Shown: positions 50,241 through 63,245, counted from the first letter of the whole stretch. The stretch: DNA of 63,672 bases, filler included, from Octopus bimaculoides (GCF_001194135.2; 5 parts of 5 records of this genome joined end to end with filler, not necessarily neighbours in it); one strand, 5' to 3'. Program-made: numbers and translations. Notes: generated from the letters alone by a model not told the origin.

Positions 50241-51320
50241 NNNNNNNNNNNNNNNNNNNNNNNNNNNNNNNNNNNNNNNNNNNNNNNNNNNNNNNNNNNN
50301 NNNNNNNNNNNNNNNNNNNNNNNNNNNNNNNNNNNNNGTATGTATGTATGTATGTATGTATGTATTTATGTATGTCATTATTCAGTTATATTTCCAAATT
50401 TCTTGCCAATAGAGAAACAACCGGTTTCTAACCTAGTTCCTAGACTCTTTCATTGGAATTTCAACATCAGTAGGGTATTTTTGTACGTATGTATGTATAT
50501 ATGTATGTATGTATGTATATGTGCAGATTTGTATGTTTTGTTTTATGTATGTCTTCTCATGCATATAGTTGCATGTCTAGACATGCTTATATACACTTAA
50601 ATGATAAACGACTGGAAAGTTTTAATGATCTTTACAGTTCCAATGATGGCTTCGATCTGTAGTCTTCGAATCAGCTTTCGCTTTTCTAGTTGTGAGAAAA
50701 CTAATTTCGCAAGATTGGTAATAATTATAGGTATAAACCTGAACTAGCAATTTGGATAGAGTAACTGTAGCTATCTCAATAGTTCAGTGTAGGTATTCTC
50801 TTTTTCGATGATTGTGTGCGTGTATACACACACGCCCCCCCCCCCACACAAATAAACTTAGATAACTTAGATATGTTTCGACCAAAGATTGGCCTAGGCC
50901 ATGTCTAATTTAATAGCACCACTTGTTACGACTTGCTAAATCCTTGTTAAGTCAAGTTTCGTGGTATTATGGCCTATTCGAGTAGGGAATTCTTGTTGAG
51001 TGAGTTGTATCCAGGTATAGGTGGTTTATCTGGTATCCCTTAAAGAAATTTTGTTCAAATTCAGTTTAAAGGTGATGGGGGTCTTTTTCGTCTTTGATCT
51101 GTTTTGAGACAATTTTAAGTAGGGCAGGGCCTGTTGAGGGAAAGAAATTGTGGTGCAGTGTATTTTGTGTTGTGATTCTGAATTGTATAGGGGATGTATA
51201 ACACGTGGTCCTAGCATTTGATGAATTCTGAAACTAATGTAAAGCTCGTTTGGGCAATGCTGGTGGTATATTCTCCACATTGTGCAAGAGACGTATGCTC
51301 ACCGCGTCGCTGGAAGGAAG

Positions 51321-51354
<34 letters not shown>

Positions 51355-51384
51355 CNNNNNNNNNNNNNNNNNNNNNNNNNNNNN

Positions 51385-51417
<33 letters not shown>

Positions 51418-51514
51418 TATGTGTGTGTATTTGTGTGTGGAGAGAGGAGAGGGAGCAGGATAGAGAGAAATAGGGCATTTGTTGATGGTGATCGAAGGGT
51501 ATATTCGAAGTAGT

Positions 51515-51548
<34 letters not shown>

Positions 51549-52674
51549 GCACGCACAAACACGTACAAACACACACGCACACACACACTCATATATGTGT
51601 GTATGCGTATGTGTGTGTATGTGTGTGTATGTGTGTATGCGTGTGTGTGTGTGTACGTGTGTGTTGTAAAACACAAGGTTCACCAAAAGTATGTATGTAG
51701 CGTATGCGTACGTATGTATGTGTATATATATACGTATGTATATGTATATATACGTGTGCGTGCGTGTGTGTGTATGTGTGTATGTGTGTGTATGTGTGTG
51801 TATGTGCATAGTCTTGAAACATTGAAGTAATTTAACAATAAGTTATCTAAAAAATATTATGTTTATTAGAAACAGCAAAGTTTGCATTTATATACACCCA
51901 TTGGCTGTTATCAGTTTCCAGATGTCTGCTTACATATCTTGATATTCATGCAGCAATGGCATAACAGACAGACAAACAAGTGATATGTCACTGTTGTGTG
52001 TGTGTGTCTGCATGTGTGTATGTGTGTGTGTGTCTGCATGTGTGTATGTGTGTGTGTGTGAGTGTGTGTCTTTATGTGTGAGTGTGTGTGTGTAGTAAAT
52101 ACAAGAGCGCTCGAATGGCTTGTACAAAGTGTAGATGTTAAATGTATGCGCGCACATATATGTACATCAACGAGATGTCGCTATTGTTGAAAACAAAAAT
52201 AAATAAATAAATAAATAATGGATAAATAAATAAATTCAACCAACAACAGAAGGAGCGAGCAGCAACAACAAAATAATAATAAATTAAAGGCGCAAACATA
52301 CATAAAAAACGAAATTTGATAAAAAGAAAAAAACAGTCTGATAAAATATGTTCAGTAGTTTTATTGTAAACAATTTTATTCTGCTGTTTTATATTTCTTA
52401 AATTTCAAGTACTACCATCGTTTAACTGTTTGTAGTCAATGAGTTAGTTGCTGGATCCTAAACATCTCCATGTGATGTTTGATAAAAAACAGAAACCAGA
52501 CGAATGTAAATGAAAGACGAAAATCAAAATAAAACAAAATAATTAAAAATCATATATGGAAAAGGGGTAAAGAAAAGAGGAGAAGAGAAAAGCAAACAGA
52601 ACCGAAACAAAATACAGATGAGTAAACGTGATAAAACGAAAGTACAATATACTGTATGTATGTATGTATGTATG

Positions 52675-52705
<31 letters not shown>

Positions 52706-53070
52706 GAATGGATGGATGGATGTGTTTGTATGTGCGTGTATGTACCTTTTATCCTTTACTTGTTTTTGTAATTGGATTGCAACCCATGCCGGGGCACCGT
52801 ATTGAAGGGTAGAGTCGAAGAAACCGACCGCAGAATTTATTTATTTATTTTGTAACTGTGACATTAATTCTATCCGTGACTTTTGCCGAACCGCTTAACT
52901 ACTGGGGTCATATATAAACCAGCACCGGTTGGCAAGAGGCGGCGAGGGGACAAATACAAATACAACTACAAAGATACACACACATTCACATATATGTATG
53001 TATGTATGTTGGTGTGTATGTATATGTATGTGCCTGAGTGTGTGTGTGTGTGCGTATATATATATATTTA

Positions 53071-53155
53071 TGTATATATATAAGTATACATATGTATATA
53101 TATAAGTATACATATGTATATATATAAGTATACATATGTATATGTATAAGTACAC
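53071..53155. repeat. Short minisatellite, about 4 copies of a ~22-bp unit containing TATATATAAGTATACATATG
   Basis: Read directly. Confidence 0.7.
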
Positions 53156-53169
53156 AGATGTGTGTGTGT

Positions 53170-54060
53170 GGGTCATCCCATAAATAATGCGGTTTTTTCA
53201 ATTGCATGAACTAAGAGTCGGAGGGGGGCGGAATAAACTACCTGCATCAACTCGCTGTAAAAGCAGGTAGTAATTTTACCTTGTATTTATTATTGCTGCA
53301 AGTTTTGAAGAGTGCAATTCGATTTGAACAGTTATTTTTTCAAAGCTATAATGGAAGTGACAAAGGAGCATATTCAGCATATTTTGCTTTATGAGTTCAA
53401 TAAAGGCAACAACTCAACGGAAAGTGCGAGGAATATTAATGCAGCATATGGGGATCGGACAACGTAAGCCAGTGTCGACTGTGGTTCTAGAAAATCCGAT
53501 CCGGAAACTACAGCCTAGAAGACGAGACTCGTCCTGGAAGATCTGTAGAGCCCGACGAGGACGTCTGCGAACCCTTGTAGAACAAAAGAGAAGCTTGGAT
53601 TTGGTCATTCAACCACTCATCGACACCTGCGTGTCATCGGAAAAGTCAGCAAATTGGGTTTTAAGACGAACGGTGTTCTTTCATCAAGATAATGCTCGGC
53701 CACATACAGTGAGGATGATATTCCAAAGGCTGGAGCAGTTTTAATGGGAAACGATGCCCCACCCATCATATTCGCCGGATATTGCCCATCTAATTATCAT
53801 TTATTCCGCAGTCTTCAAAATCATTTGGACGGAAAAATATGAATTCTGTAGACGAAGTCAGAACAGTACTTGAGGAGTATTTTTCGTCACAGACAAGTGA
53901 ATTTTGGAAGAGGGGCTGTGCAAGTCTACCAGATAGATGGAAGAGCATTGTAGAAAATGAAGGAGAGTATATTTTAGATTAAAAATGACCTTTGTTTATC
54001 TTAATATTGTAGAATGAAAGAAGTATTAAAAAAAACTGCATTATTTATGGGATGATCCAA
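53170..54060 (+). mobile_element. Internally deleted mariner element with both TIRs
   Basis: TIRs GGGTCATCCCATAAATAATGCGGTTTTT and AAAAACTGCATTATTTATGGGATGATCC; peptides MEVTKEHIQHILLYEFNKG, FHQDNARPHT and HPSYSPDIA. Confidence 0.9.
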
Positions 54061-54079
54061 TATATATATCTCAGACAGA

Positions 54080-54298
54080 TATAGGATCTTTTCAATCTCA
54101 GTCACAGATTTTTTAATTAATGTTTTTTTTTTTTAACTAAGCAGTTTGAAACTTTGGATATTGGTTGAATGTGTCACGTAGAACACAGTTTACGCTTAAC
54201 GTTTTTGGCAAAATTTTGTATTTTAGAAGTTATTTCGTATTAAAGTTGTCGTATTTGGGTAATTTTAACCAACCAATCAATGACGTATATTCAGCTGA
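54080..54298. repeat. Diverged terminal fragment of the MITE family at 20554-21164, truncated by a gap
   Basis: AAGTTATTTCGTATTAAAGTTGTCGTATTT..TAATTT.AACCAA..AATCA.TGACGT aligns with the reverse complement of 20965-21030; begins with a TIR-like GGATCTTTT...ACA..TTTTT.ATTAA. Confidence 0.65.
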
Positions 54299-54965
54299 NN
54301 NNNNNNNNNNNNNNNNNNNNNNNNNNNNNNNNNNNNNNNNNNNNNNNNNNNNNNNNNNNNNNNNNNNNNNNNNNNNNNNNNNNNNNNNNNNNNNNNNNNN
54401 NNNNNNNNNNNNNNNNNNNNNNNNGAGGGAGAGAGAGAGAGGGAGAGAGAGAGAGAGAGAAATAGAGAAAGAGGTGGGAGAAAAGTATAAAAGGTGGGTG
54501 AGAAAAACAGAAAGTTCTTTTATAGGGAATGGGTGACGTGTGTGTGTGCGTGTGTATTTTTTCCATCTTACCCAATGTGTCCTCTCGTTTATATAATGTT
54601 AGCGTGTGACATTGAGAGAGATTTGGTTGTTATTTCCAGCAGGTCAAGCAACTAAACAGATTCTCACATTTTCTGACACACACATACACACACACACACA
54701 TACATACATACAAGCATACATACATACATGCACACATACATACATACATACATACATGTACATACACACAAATATACATTTTAATCGTTTTCAGTTAACT
54801 CGTTCAGTGATTGCGCCTGATTTTTGAACGTGACAAATCGGAGAGAGAGAGAGAGAGAGAGAGAGNNNNNNNNNNNNNNNNNNNNNNNNNNNNNNNNNNN
54901 NNNNNNNNNTTAATTAATTAANNNNNNNNNNNNNNNNNNNNNNNNNNNNNNNNNNNNNNNNNNNN

Positions 54966-55005
<40 letters not shown>

Positions 55006-55599
55006 GTGCATATATTTTTTTTTTAATTCGTCTAATAACATTGTAATGTAATAACATAACGTACTATCAGCGTAATAACATAATGTAATAAAATAATGTA
55101 CCATCAGTGTTCAGATTGGTTTACCACTAATACTTCAGCTTGAACAGTAGTGATAACAAAGGTGTTGCTGAAGCTACCTTTCAAAGATGGCTATAAGTGG
55201 TTCATCATTGAGCTGGCAGATATATATTAGAAAGAGAGATGAACAAGTAAAACATGGGGTATCAATTTAGAGCATGTAATTTATAATTTATAATTCAAAC
55301 ATAACTGCAGAGTAGTTATACTAAACAAAGTATTAAGAAACAATACGCCAAGTTTCTAACAGTTGTTTCTAAAATAGCTGAGCATGTTGATCATATGTCA
55401 TTGAGCAAAGAATTCCAAGTAAGCCAACTACTCCGTCTTTGGAAAGAAAGAATTAAGGGATATCTTTAATAAAGGATATTAGCAGTAATCAGTTCATCAA
55501 AGAATTAAAGCATATATTTAAAGAAAGATAATAGTGGTTAGCACTTTCATAATCAGGGAATTAAGGAAATCCACAGTGAAAGATAATAGCAGTTCGCAG

Positions 55600-56640
55600 C
55601 TCCATTGTTGAAGGATCAAGGAATATCCTTAGACAAAGATAAAAGAAGTTACTAGTTCCATCGTTGAAGAGAAAGTTAACATGTCACAGGAAATTTTGTA
55701 AATCTCATAAAAGAATTTCCCGAAGAATGTGGTGCAGAAATAAGTAAGTAATTTAAACCAGGGATTTTCAAACTGTGGTCCGCAAGGACAAGACAGGGGG
55801 TCCATGGACAGCAAATACTTTTTATGGGCAATTTGATTTTATATATGTTTTTTAATCGAAATCTTTTAATCGACAATAAACCTATTTGTTAAATACTGTT
55901 AAATAAATAAATGTAAAAATATATGTTATTTTAAGCAAATATTTATGTATAAATTTCATAAGCATTTATAAGGTAAAGCCTGAAATATAAAGGGGTCCGC
56001 AAGTCAAAAAGTTTGAAAACCCCTGGTTTAAACGACGAGTTAATTTCCTATCTAATACCATACAATACGAAATCTTGGGGGCATATGCTCATAACGTCCT
56101 ACATGAGATAAAAAAAATTGAAGATTCCATGTTTATTGGTATAATATGTGACTGCTCTGGCATGGAACAAGAATCAGTTACTGTCGTTATGTTTCTGAAA
56201 ACCATATTTATGAAGATTTTCTCAGCTTTTATAATCTTCCTGGCTACACTTCGGAGATACTGACTAAGGTTATTTCTGATGTCTTTTGTTGCCTAAACAT
56301 TTCTCTGGGCTCAAAAGTATGCTGCATTTGCATTTGGTGGCGCATGTACCATAAGCGGAAACATTTTAAGCATACAAAAGAGATTAAAAGACGTGTTTCC
56401 TGGTACATATTTTGTACACTGCAGAAAACACTCTCTGGAATTTGTCTTACGGTTGCTTTGGTCACTGATGTATTGAACTTTGTTCACCAATGCACCATTC
56501 TTCTGAAAGCGTTATGGACAAGCCTTTGTAATGATAATGTCGTCATGTTGCAAGCCTGTGTCTGTTGCATCAAGCGAGAGAATGGTCAGCCTACTTTGCT
56601 GTTTGAAGACCTGACTCCTTACCATAATACTGACACACTG
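55600..56640 (+). pseudogene. hAT transposase remnant (ZMYM1/DUF4371-like)
   Basis: GNFVNLIKEF...FLSNTIQYEILGAYAHNVLHEIKKIEDSMFIGIICD, IYEDFLSFY, and ISGNILSIQKRLKDVFPGTYFVHCRKHSL (hAT C..H motif). Confidence 0.7.
55759..56025. mobile_element. hAT (Charlie-like) MITE inserted in the hAT remnant
   Basis: TIRs CAGGGATTTTCAAACT and AGTTTGAAAACCCCTG; 8-bp TSD ATTTAAAC/GTTTAAAC. Confidence 0.88.
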
Positions 56641-56798
56641 TGCTGTAATGCATGTACCTAAAAACCTGTGCAATGAAAACACTTTGGACATTCTCGTGTA
56701 AAAATTCATCGCCAACCTGAGTGAGTATAGGAAATTGTTTTTAATGATCTGAGACATTATTTTTCCATATATAATAATAATAAATATTATTATACATA

Positions 56799-57181
56799 GG
56801 CGTAGGAGTGGCTGTATGGTAAGTAGCTTGCTTACGAACCACATGGTTCCGGGTTCAGTCTCACTGCGTGGCACCTTGGGCAAGTGTCTTCTACTATAGC
56901 CTCGGGCCGACCAAAGCATTGTGAGAGGATTTGGTAGACGGAAACTGAAAGAAGCCCGTCGTATATATGTATATATGTATGTGTGTCTGTGTTTGCCCCC
57001 CCCCCCAACATCACTTGACAACCGATGCTGGTGTGTTTACGTCTCTGTAATTAGCGGTTCGGCAAAAGAGACCGATAGAATAAGTACTAGGCTTACAAAA
57101 AATAAGGCCTGGGGTCGATTTGTTTGACTAAAGCGGTGCTCCAGCATGGCCACAGTCAAATGACTGAAACAAGTAAAAGAG
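56799..57181 (+). mobile_element. Full-length SINE, family A (probably tRNA-derived)
   Basis: Head GGCGTAGGAGTGGCTGTATGGTAAG...GGTTCCGGGTTCAGTC has A/B-box-like Pol III motifs; tail ..GACTGAAACAAGTAAAAGAG; at least ten partial copies elsewhere in the window. Confidence 0.88.
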
Positions 57182-57306
57182 AATACCTGTGTTTGTTTTG
57201 ATATTAAGATTGAAAAAAAATCGGTCTTGTTTGTAAAAAATGTCGAACCTGAGTTTACACCTTTAAGCAAATTTCGTTCCCAAGTCACCGTGCAGCGACA
57301 CCCACA

Positions 57307-57540
57307 GATTACCGAATGGAGGGGTATAGGAATCCCAAGATGGCTACTGGAAGATTGGTTGCTATTGGTCAAGACTGATCACATGACGTCAGTTCGTTTA
57401 GAAAGAGGAAGCTGCTGATGCCGAGATGCCTTAGTGTAGCAGAAGTAACACCAGCGTTTGAGTGTAGTATGTATGTCTGTATGCATGCACACACACACAC
57501 TCACACACACATACACATACGCACACGCACACGCACACGC

Positions 57541-57576
<36 letters not shown>

Positions 57577-58140
57577 ACGCAAATACGGACATATATATAC
57601 AAAATGTGTGAATACGTGGATGCGGGTGTGTTATTGGTTGTATAGCTGTGCGTGTGTATATGTATACATGTGTGTTCGAGTGCATGTGCATTAGTGCCTA
57701 CTACATTCGCATGTGTGTGTGTTGTGTGTATGTTGTGTGTGTGCTGAGTGTGTGTATGTGTGTGTATGTGTGTGTTGTGTGCATGTGCATGTGTGTGTGC
57801 GTATATATGCATTTGCTATTGATGTTTGGTGGTGTGCTAGTAAAGCAGATCTGGTATTTACGTGTGCGAACGTGATGTATGCTAGTGTAGTTGCGTGCAC
57901 GTATGCATGTGTGTGTGTCTATGCCTTTGTGTGGATGAATGAGTGTGGGTTAGAGCGCGGGATGTGTGTATGCATATGTGTGCGGGTATGTGTGTGTGTG
58001 TATGCACGCGCGCGTATGCGTGTGCATATGTCTCTGACCAACTGATATTCTCTGGCAATACTATGTGAAGCACCTTGACCAATAGCAGCCTATCTTCGGG
58101 TAGCCATCTTGAACTTCATGTATCTCTTCATTCGGTAATC
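57307..58140. mobile_element. Putative element with ~75-bp inverted repeats around a CA/TG core
   Basis: GATTACCGAATG...CAAGATGGCTAC..GAAGAT.GG.TGCTATTGGTCAAG at 57307-57385 and its reverse complement at about 58062-58140. Confidence 0.6.
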
Positions 58141-58299
58141 TAAAGCCTGAAAGTGACGGACTTCTGTTCGAGGCCTGCAAAACTTTAAGTGGCATGAACC
58201 GAGTCAAACTGTTTTAAATAATACATATCCTACTAAATGTGTTGGGTGTTCTTTTCTGTCGTTTACCCACTCATATATATTATTCATATATCATTCATA

Positions 58300-58520
58300 T
58301 ATGTATGTGTGTTTGTGTCTGTGTTTGTCCCCCTCCCCACCATCACTTGACAACCGATGCTGGTGTGTTTACGTCCCCGTAACTTAGCGGTTCGGCAAAA
58401 TAGACCGATAGAATAAGTACTAGGCTTCCAAAGAATAAGTCCTGGGGTCGATTTGCTCGACTAAAGGCGGTGCTCCAGCATGGCCGCAGTCAAATGACTG
58501 AAACAAGTAAAAGTGTAAAA
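58300..58520 (+). mobile_element. 3' half of a family A SINE
   Basis: Aligns to 56975-57181. Confidence 0.85.
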
Positions 58521-58533
58521 GAGTAAAAGAGTA

Positions 58534-58683
58534 TCTATATATATAAAAATGAGAATGTGTGTCTGTCTGTCTGTCTGTCTGTCTGCCTGTCTGTGTGAAT
58601 CCCTAAAACTCGAGAACTACGCAACCAATTTCATTCAAATTTTACACATGCCTTACTTAGGGTTCCAGTTGTGTTTTAGTCAA
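58534..58683 (+). mobile_element. 5' end of a non-autonomous Helitron-like repeat, truncated by a gap
   Basis: A|TCTATATATATAAAAATGAGAATGTGTGT(CTGT)n...AACCAATTTCATTCAAATTTTACACATG fits the TC 5' terminus + tetranucleotide tract of Helitron-N families. Confidence 0.6.
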
Positions 58684-58807
58684 NNNNNNNNNNNNNNNNN
58701 NNNNNNNNNNNNNNNNNNNNNNNNNNNTTAATTAATTAANNNNNNNNNNNNNNNNNNNNNNNNNNNNNNNNNNNNNNNNNNNNTATATATATATATATAT
58801 TTATATT

Positions 58808-59008
58808 AAGGACATTACTATACACAAATGCCTCACGCTATGAGGGATTCTCAGTCTAACACAATAAATACAGTGTACCGAACGCGAGGGAAATGCAACT
58901 CTCAAAGCGAGCTCCTCAAAACAGATTCTGCTTTTAAGTAGTTTTGACTTTAGTTTCGACTTTAAGAATCCCTCATAGCGTGAGGCATTTATGTATAGTA
59001 ATGCCCTT
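58808..59008. repeat. ~200-bp element with ~44-bp near-perfect inverted repeats
   Basis: AAGGACATTACTATACACAAATGCCTCACGCTATGAGGGATTCT versus the reverse complement of AGAATCCCTCATAGCGTGAGGCATTTATGTATAGTAATGCCCTT; TTAA on the left and TTTA on the right. Confidence 0.8.
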
Positions 59009-59116
59009 TATATAAATATATATATTTAAAGAGAATAATCAAAACATTTTTCCCTTATGAGGTCTTTTCACGCTGACTACTTGATAAATTCTTATAAAGT
59101 TTTTATCTTATTTTTA

Positions 59117-59156
<40 letters not shown>

Positions 59157-59189
59157 GCTTAAGCAGACATATACATACATAACCTTATT

Positions 59190-59830
59190 AGCTGACATGC
59201 CAAATTTTGTTATTCCAGATTTAAGGAAACAGCCTTTACAGCACTTTGAACACGTCCTGCTAAACACTACTAGTCACAGCTGACTACTTTACAGAATAAA
59301 GCCGAGAAATGAAGTCTTCTTGAAAGTTCGCTGTCATAAAATTTTGTGTTTAACTGGGAAAAAAACGGTACAGAAATTTTTGAAATGGTCCAGACTGCTA
59401 ATGGATTAACTTGCATGAGCGAAACATCGGTTTGTCACTGGGGCAAAAGGTTTAAGGAGATGAGGGGAGTTATATGTGTGGGAGGGAGAAAAATATTAGT
59501 ATGTATCGAATAATATCTAATAAGCTGACATGCCAAATTTTGTTATTCCGGATTGAAGGAAACAGCCTTTACAGCACTTTGAACACGGCCTGCTAAACAC
59601 TACTAGTCACAGCTGACTACTTTACAGAATAAAGCCGTTGAGCTGGTTGAGGAAATTCGCAATTTTCCAGATGACGACCGTCGTACGCCTATAAAGACAA
59701 TAAGCACACAGATCGGAACATGCAAAAAAAAATGTGCAAAGTTTATTCCCAGAGTGCTTAGACAAACAGAAGGAAGAACTCGTTAGTGACAGTAGGGAGA
59801 TGGTTGAGTTCTCCATGATTTCGCACATTC
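59190..59830 (+). mobile_element. Rearranged mariner remnant containing a 115-bp direct duplication
   Basis: VIKFCV*LGKK/GTEIFEMVQTA...VCHWGKRFKE (HTH) and VEEIRNF.DDDRR...KCAKFIPRVL; 59190-59304 is repeated at 59523-59637 with 3 mismatches. Confidence 0.7.
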
Positions 59831-61671
59831 CCTAATCTTAATGAGAATCTCACGGGGCAGTGGCTTTGAAGAAGATGAGGGAGGCTATGAGATGTGCACT
59901 GGAGCTAGAAAACCCTACTTTGAATGAGATTTAATTAGTACTTCTACGACATTAATGAATGTCTTTCCTGAAATAGTCTCAAAAAATCTGGAATGCACCT
60001 CGTTGATAGATATACTGTCAACTCCATCATCTGGCAGCAGATAACTTCACAGCAGCTGTTTCACTTTTTACATGGGGTATTTGGTTTTCTTGTCGTTTCT
60101 TATCGCTTTAGGCAGCACCCCTGAAAGCAACCAATAAACAAGTTATAAGTGACGAATTGCAAGTAATTTATTATCATATGTCATGACGGGATCTAAGCAG
60201 ATTTACATAATAATGGGTGTTCTTGTGAATCTAGTGTCGATCTATAGTTTTCTTTTATTACTGAATCGTTGAAGGCTTCGCTCGAACGTACATACATGTA
60301 AGTCCGCTTTCATACAAAAGGAAGATAAAGCTGTTGATTTAGAATATAATATGCTGTATGAGGATCTGTAGGAAGTTATTTCTATAGCTGGAACCCTTTA
60401 TCATACAAAAGTGTGAAATGTCTTTAATCGAATAAATTGCGAAATTTGCATTGTAGCTTCCCTGAGCAAACGAAACTTTGAATGACATGGCCATTTCTTA
60501 CGCATCTTAAATGTTATAGCAAAATATGTCTAACCAGTCATTTTGCGCTGTATAGATAGCGAAATATTAACCAAACTTCAATTACTATTGTCATAGCGAA
60601 GCCTGTCCAGTTATAACAGGAAATATGTGTACGTTTATCTGCAACAACGGATTTAGTTTACCAGATGCCAAAAGCAATATTTAACATTTGTTCTTTGGTT
60701 TCATTCCAACGTTATTTCATAGACACATTCAGGAACGTTTCTTCTGTCATAGTATAATTTAATATTATATATTAAACATGTTAGCAAAGATTCGCACTAA
60801 TACATCCGGAAGACAGAAATATGAAGTGTCAAAAGTCTTAGATTCTTTTCATATCCATGTATTTTCTTTTTCTAATGCATTAATTTCAAAAACCTGAAGA
60901 TATTCTAGACTTAAGGTTTACGAATCTTGTACATGGAAGTTTTAATAAATGAAATGTTGAAAATATTTCGTTTGTGTAATAGCTTTGTTTTATTAACATA
61001 GAAGACGGAAATGAATCAGAAAAAAAAAATAATAACTATTAATATCCTTTTTAAAATTTGGTATTTTATTCTGGATGCAATTATATGCAACTGAATATGA
61101 CTTTTAACTCATCTTAAATGGTAGACGGAAAAAAATAACTGGTGAAAAAGTATGCGAAATCTTTGTCAGATATCGAAATTTTAGTTCTACTACAACTCGG
61201 TGAAGTATATCCAAATTATGTACATATATACATAGAAAAATATCACAAAAGTCTGTTATTCAGGGTTTCACGTTCCCGTTCATCGGACAGTTTTGTTTAG
61301 AATGGAACAAAAATCAGGTTATAAGCAAACATACACAAGTAGTTTCATAGATGCACATTTGAAAATGGTTTTGTTTCATCGGTCATTTCAACTGACTGTC
61401 TTTACAATGACCGGTTGCATGCAATGAACAAGTTTCTGTGTCAAATCATCTTATAAATTCGAAGGAAAATACAATAAAAGTTATATCCGTTTAAAAGATT
61501 TTCACGTTGGATTACGTAATATACTTTTAGCAGTATATGCAAATACCAAACCATGTATAATATACATGTATACACTAAACATACAGACGCATGTACATAG
61601 CTACATAGATATACAGACATATATACAAATGCATAGCTATATATATATATATATATATATATAATCAAATT

Positions 61672-62051
61672 AAGCAACAAGGATATCTAGAGGTAATGCA
61701 GTACGATCGTTTCATGCAACTCCATTTCATTAAACAATGTAATCATTACATCAATTTAAAATGCAGAGCAATCCTCAGCTGCACAAAGACATATAATTTA
61801 ATTAAATTAGAGCAGATGGACACATTAGTATAAGGAGATAGACAAAGAACATTTTGCCTCTACACAGTAGAGGCATGATTTAGGTATAATTATACCAATG
61901 TGTCCATCTGTTCTAATTTAGTTAAATTCTATGTTTTTGTGCAGCTGAGGATTGCTCTGAATTTTAAATTGATGTAAGGATTACATTGTTCAATTAAATG
62001 GAGTTGCATGAAACGATTGTACTCCATTACCTCTGGATATCCTTGTTTCTT
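61672..62051. repeat. Foldback element with ~160-bp inverted arms and a central mini-hairpin
   Basis: The arm AAGCAACAAGGATATC.AGAGGTAATG...GATGGACACATT.GTATAA pairs with the reverse complement of about 61890-62051, with scattered substitutions; centre TGCCTCTA-CACAG-TAGAGGCA. Confidence 0.9.
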
Positions 62052-63245
62052 TTGCTTTTGATCACTTTACTTTGAAATTTATGGATAATACCATACTTAA
62101 TTCTGGTGCCTCAACTTAAGTACCATATTCACCTGAATCTAAATTTTTGCTATATATATATATATATATATGTACGCTTGAACCAGAGACGCGAGCAATG
62201 AAATTCCTTCATGCACGCCGCAAAACTTAATATTTTCTTATTTTTTCTTTCTCTTTTGCCTATAACAACTAACATATATGCATACAGGAGATTTTTTGCG
62301 CGTGTGTGTGTGTGCGTGCGCGTATATATATGCATTTGTATATATATTTATGTCTTGCCTGTATATGTCTGTATATCTATGTAGCTACGTTCATGCAACT
62401 GCATGTTTAGTGTATATATGAATATTATAGATGGTTTGGTATATTCATATACTGCTAAAAGTAGATGTAATCCAACGTGAACATTTTTAAACGGATGTCT
62501 TCCTTCGGAAAGTCTAATTTGTTTTCTACCGCATAAAACCTTCAGTTGAGTAACAATATAGTACAAATGTTGTTTCTTGATTGTAGACTTTTTCTTGAGA
62601 ATATACTGTGATTTTACCTGATTGAGCTTACTAAAAGATATTTCCTGTGTTTTGGGAGAAAAATCCAATTTTGATTAGGCATGTGGAATTTAAAATAGGC
62701 TACGGAAGACTTCTTTTCTTTGTCCTATTTTTCTTCTGAATGGCGATCTCGAAAAATTTGAATGAGATTCAGATGATGCAAGATACTGGCAATTTTGAAT
62801 TTGCTGATTTACGTTTTCGATATGTAACGGTGTACGTCTTTGAATATGTAGGTATATAAATATTTGAGGGCTTTGCTTGATGCGCATCATTCAACACTAT
62901 GTTTTAAATACGGAGGCTTTGAAGACAACTAAATGCCAATTATTCACATCAATGGCTCTGTTTACAACTTGTGCATTTGTGGTAGGACCTCATTCGATGG
63001 ATATCAGATGTCACCATTTAACGGCTGTCAACAGAATTCATGAGAGCAATTATTGCTGGAACAGGCATATAACATGCGCTGCAATGTTGCATTCTGTTCT
63101 CGTCACGCTCTATTGTTTTGAGAAATAATCGTTGCTTCAGTAATCAACCGTATAACCCTTTTATCTCTTGAGGGATTCGATCAAATACAAATGCTTCTCC
63201 TGTTTATACGTTTTCTTTTTTCAATCTAGCTTTCTTTTATGTTGA

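Noticed and set aside
57418-58082. His/Thr- or Val/Cys-rich ORFs (also 39596-40286, 45960-46651, 51234-51830)
   Set aside because: Translations of (CA)n, (TG)n and (TA)n tracts with no protein signal.
63020-63110. Minus-strand GTGACGA...GACAGCCGTT hammerhead-like relic
   Set aside because: Both core strands are altered and stem I does not pair.
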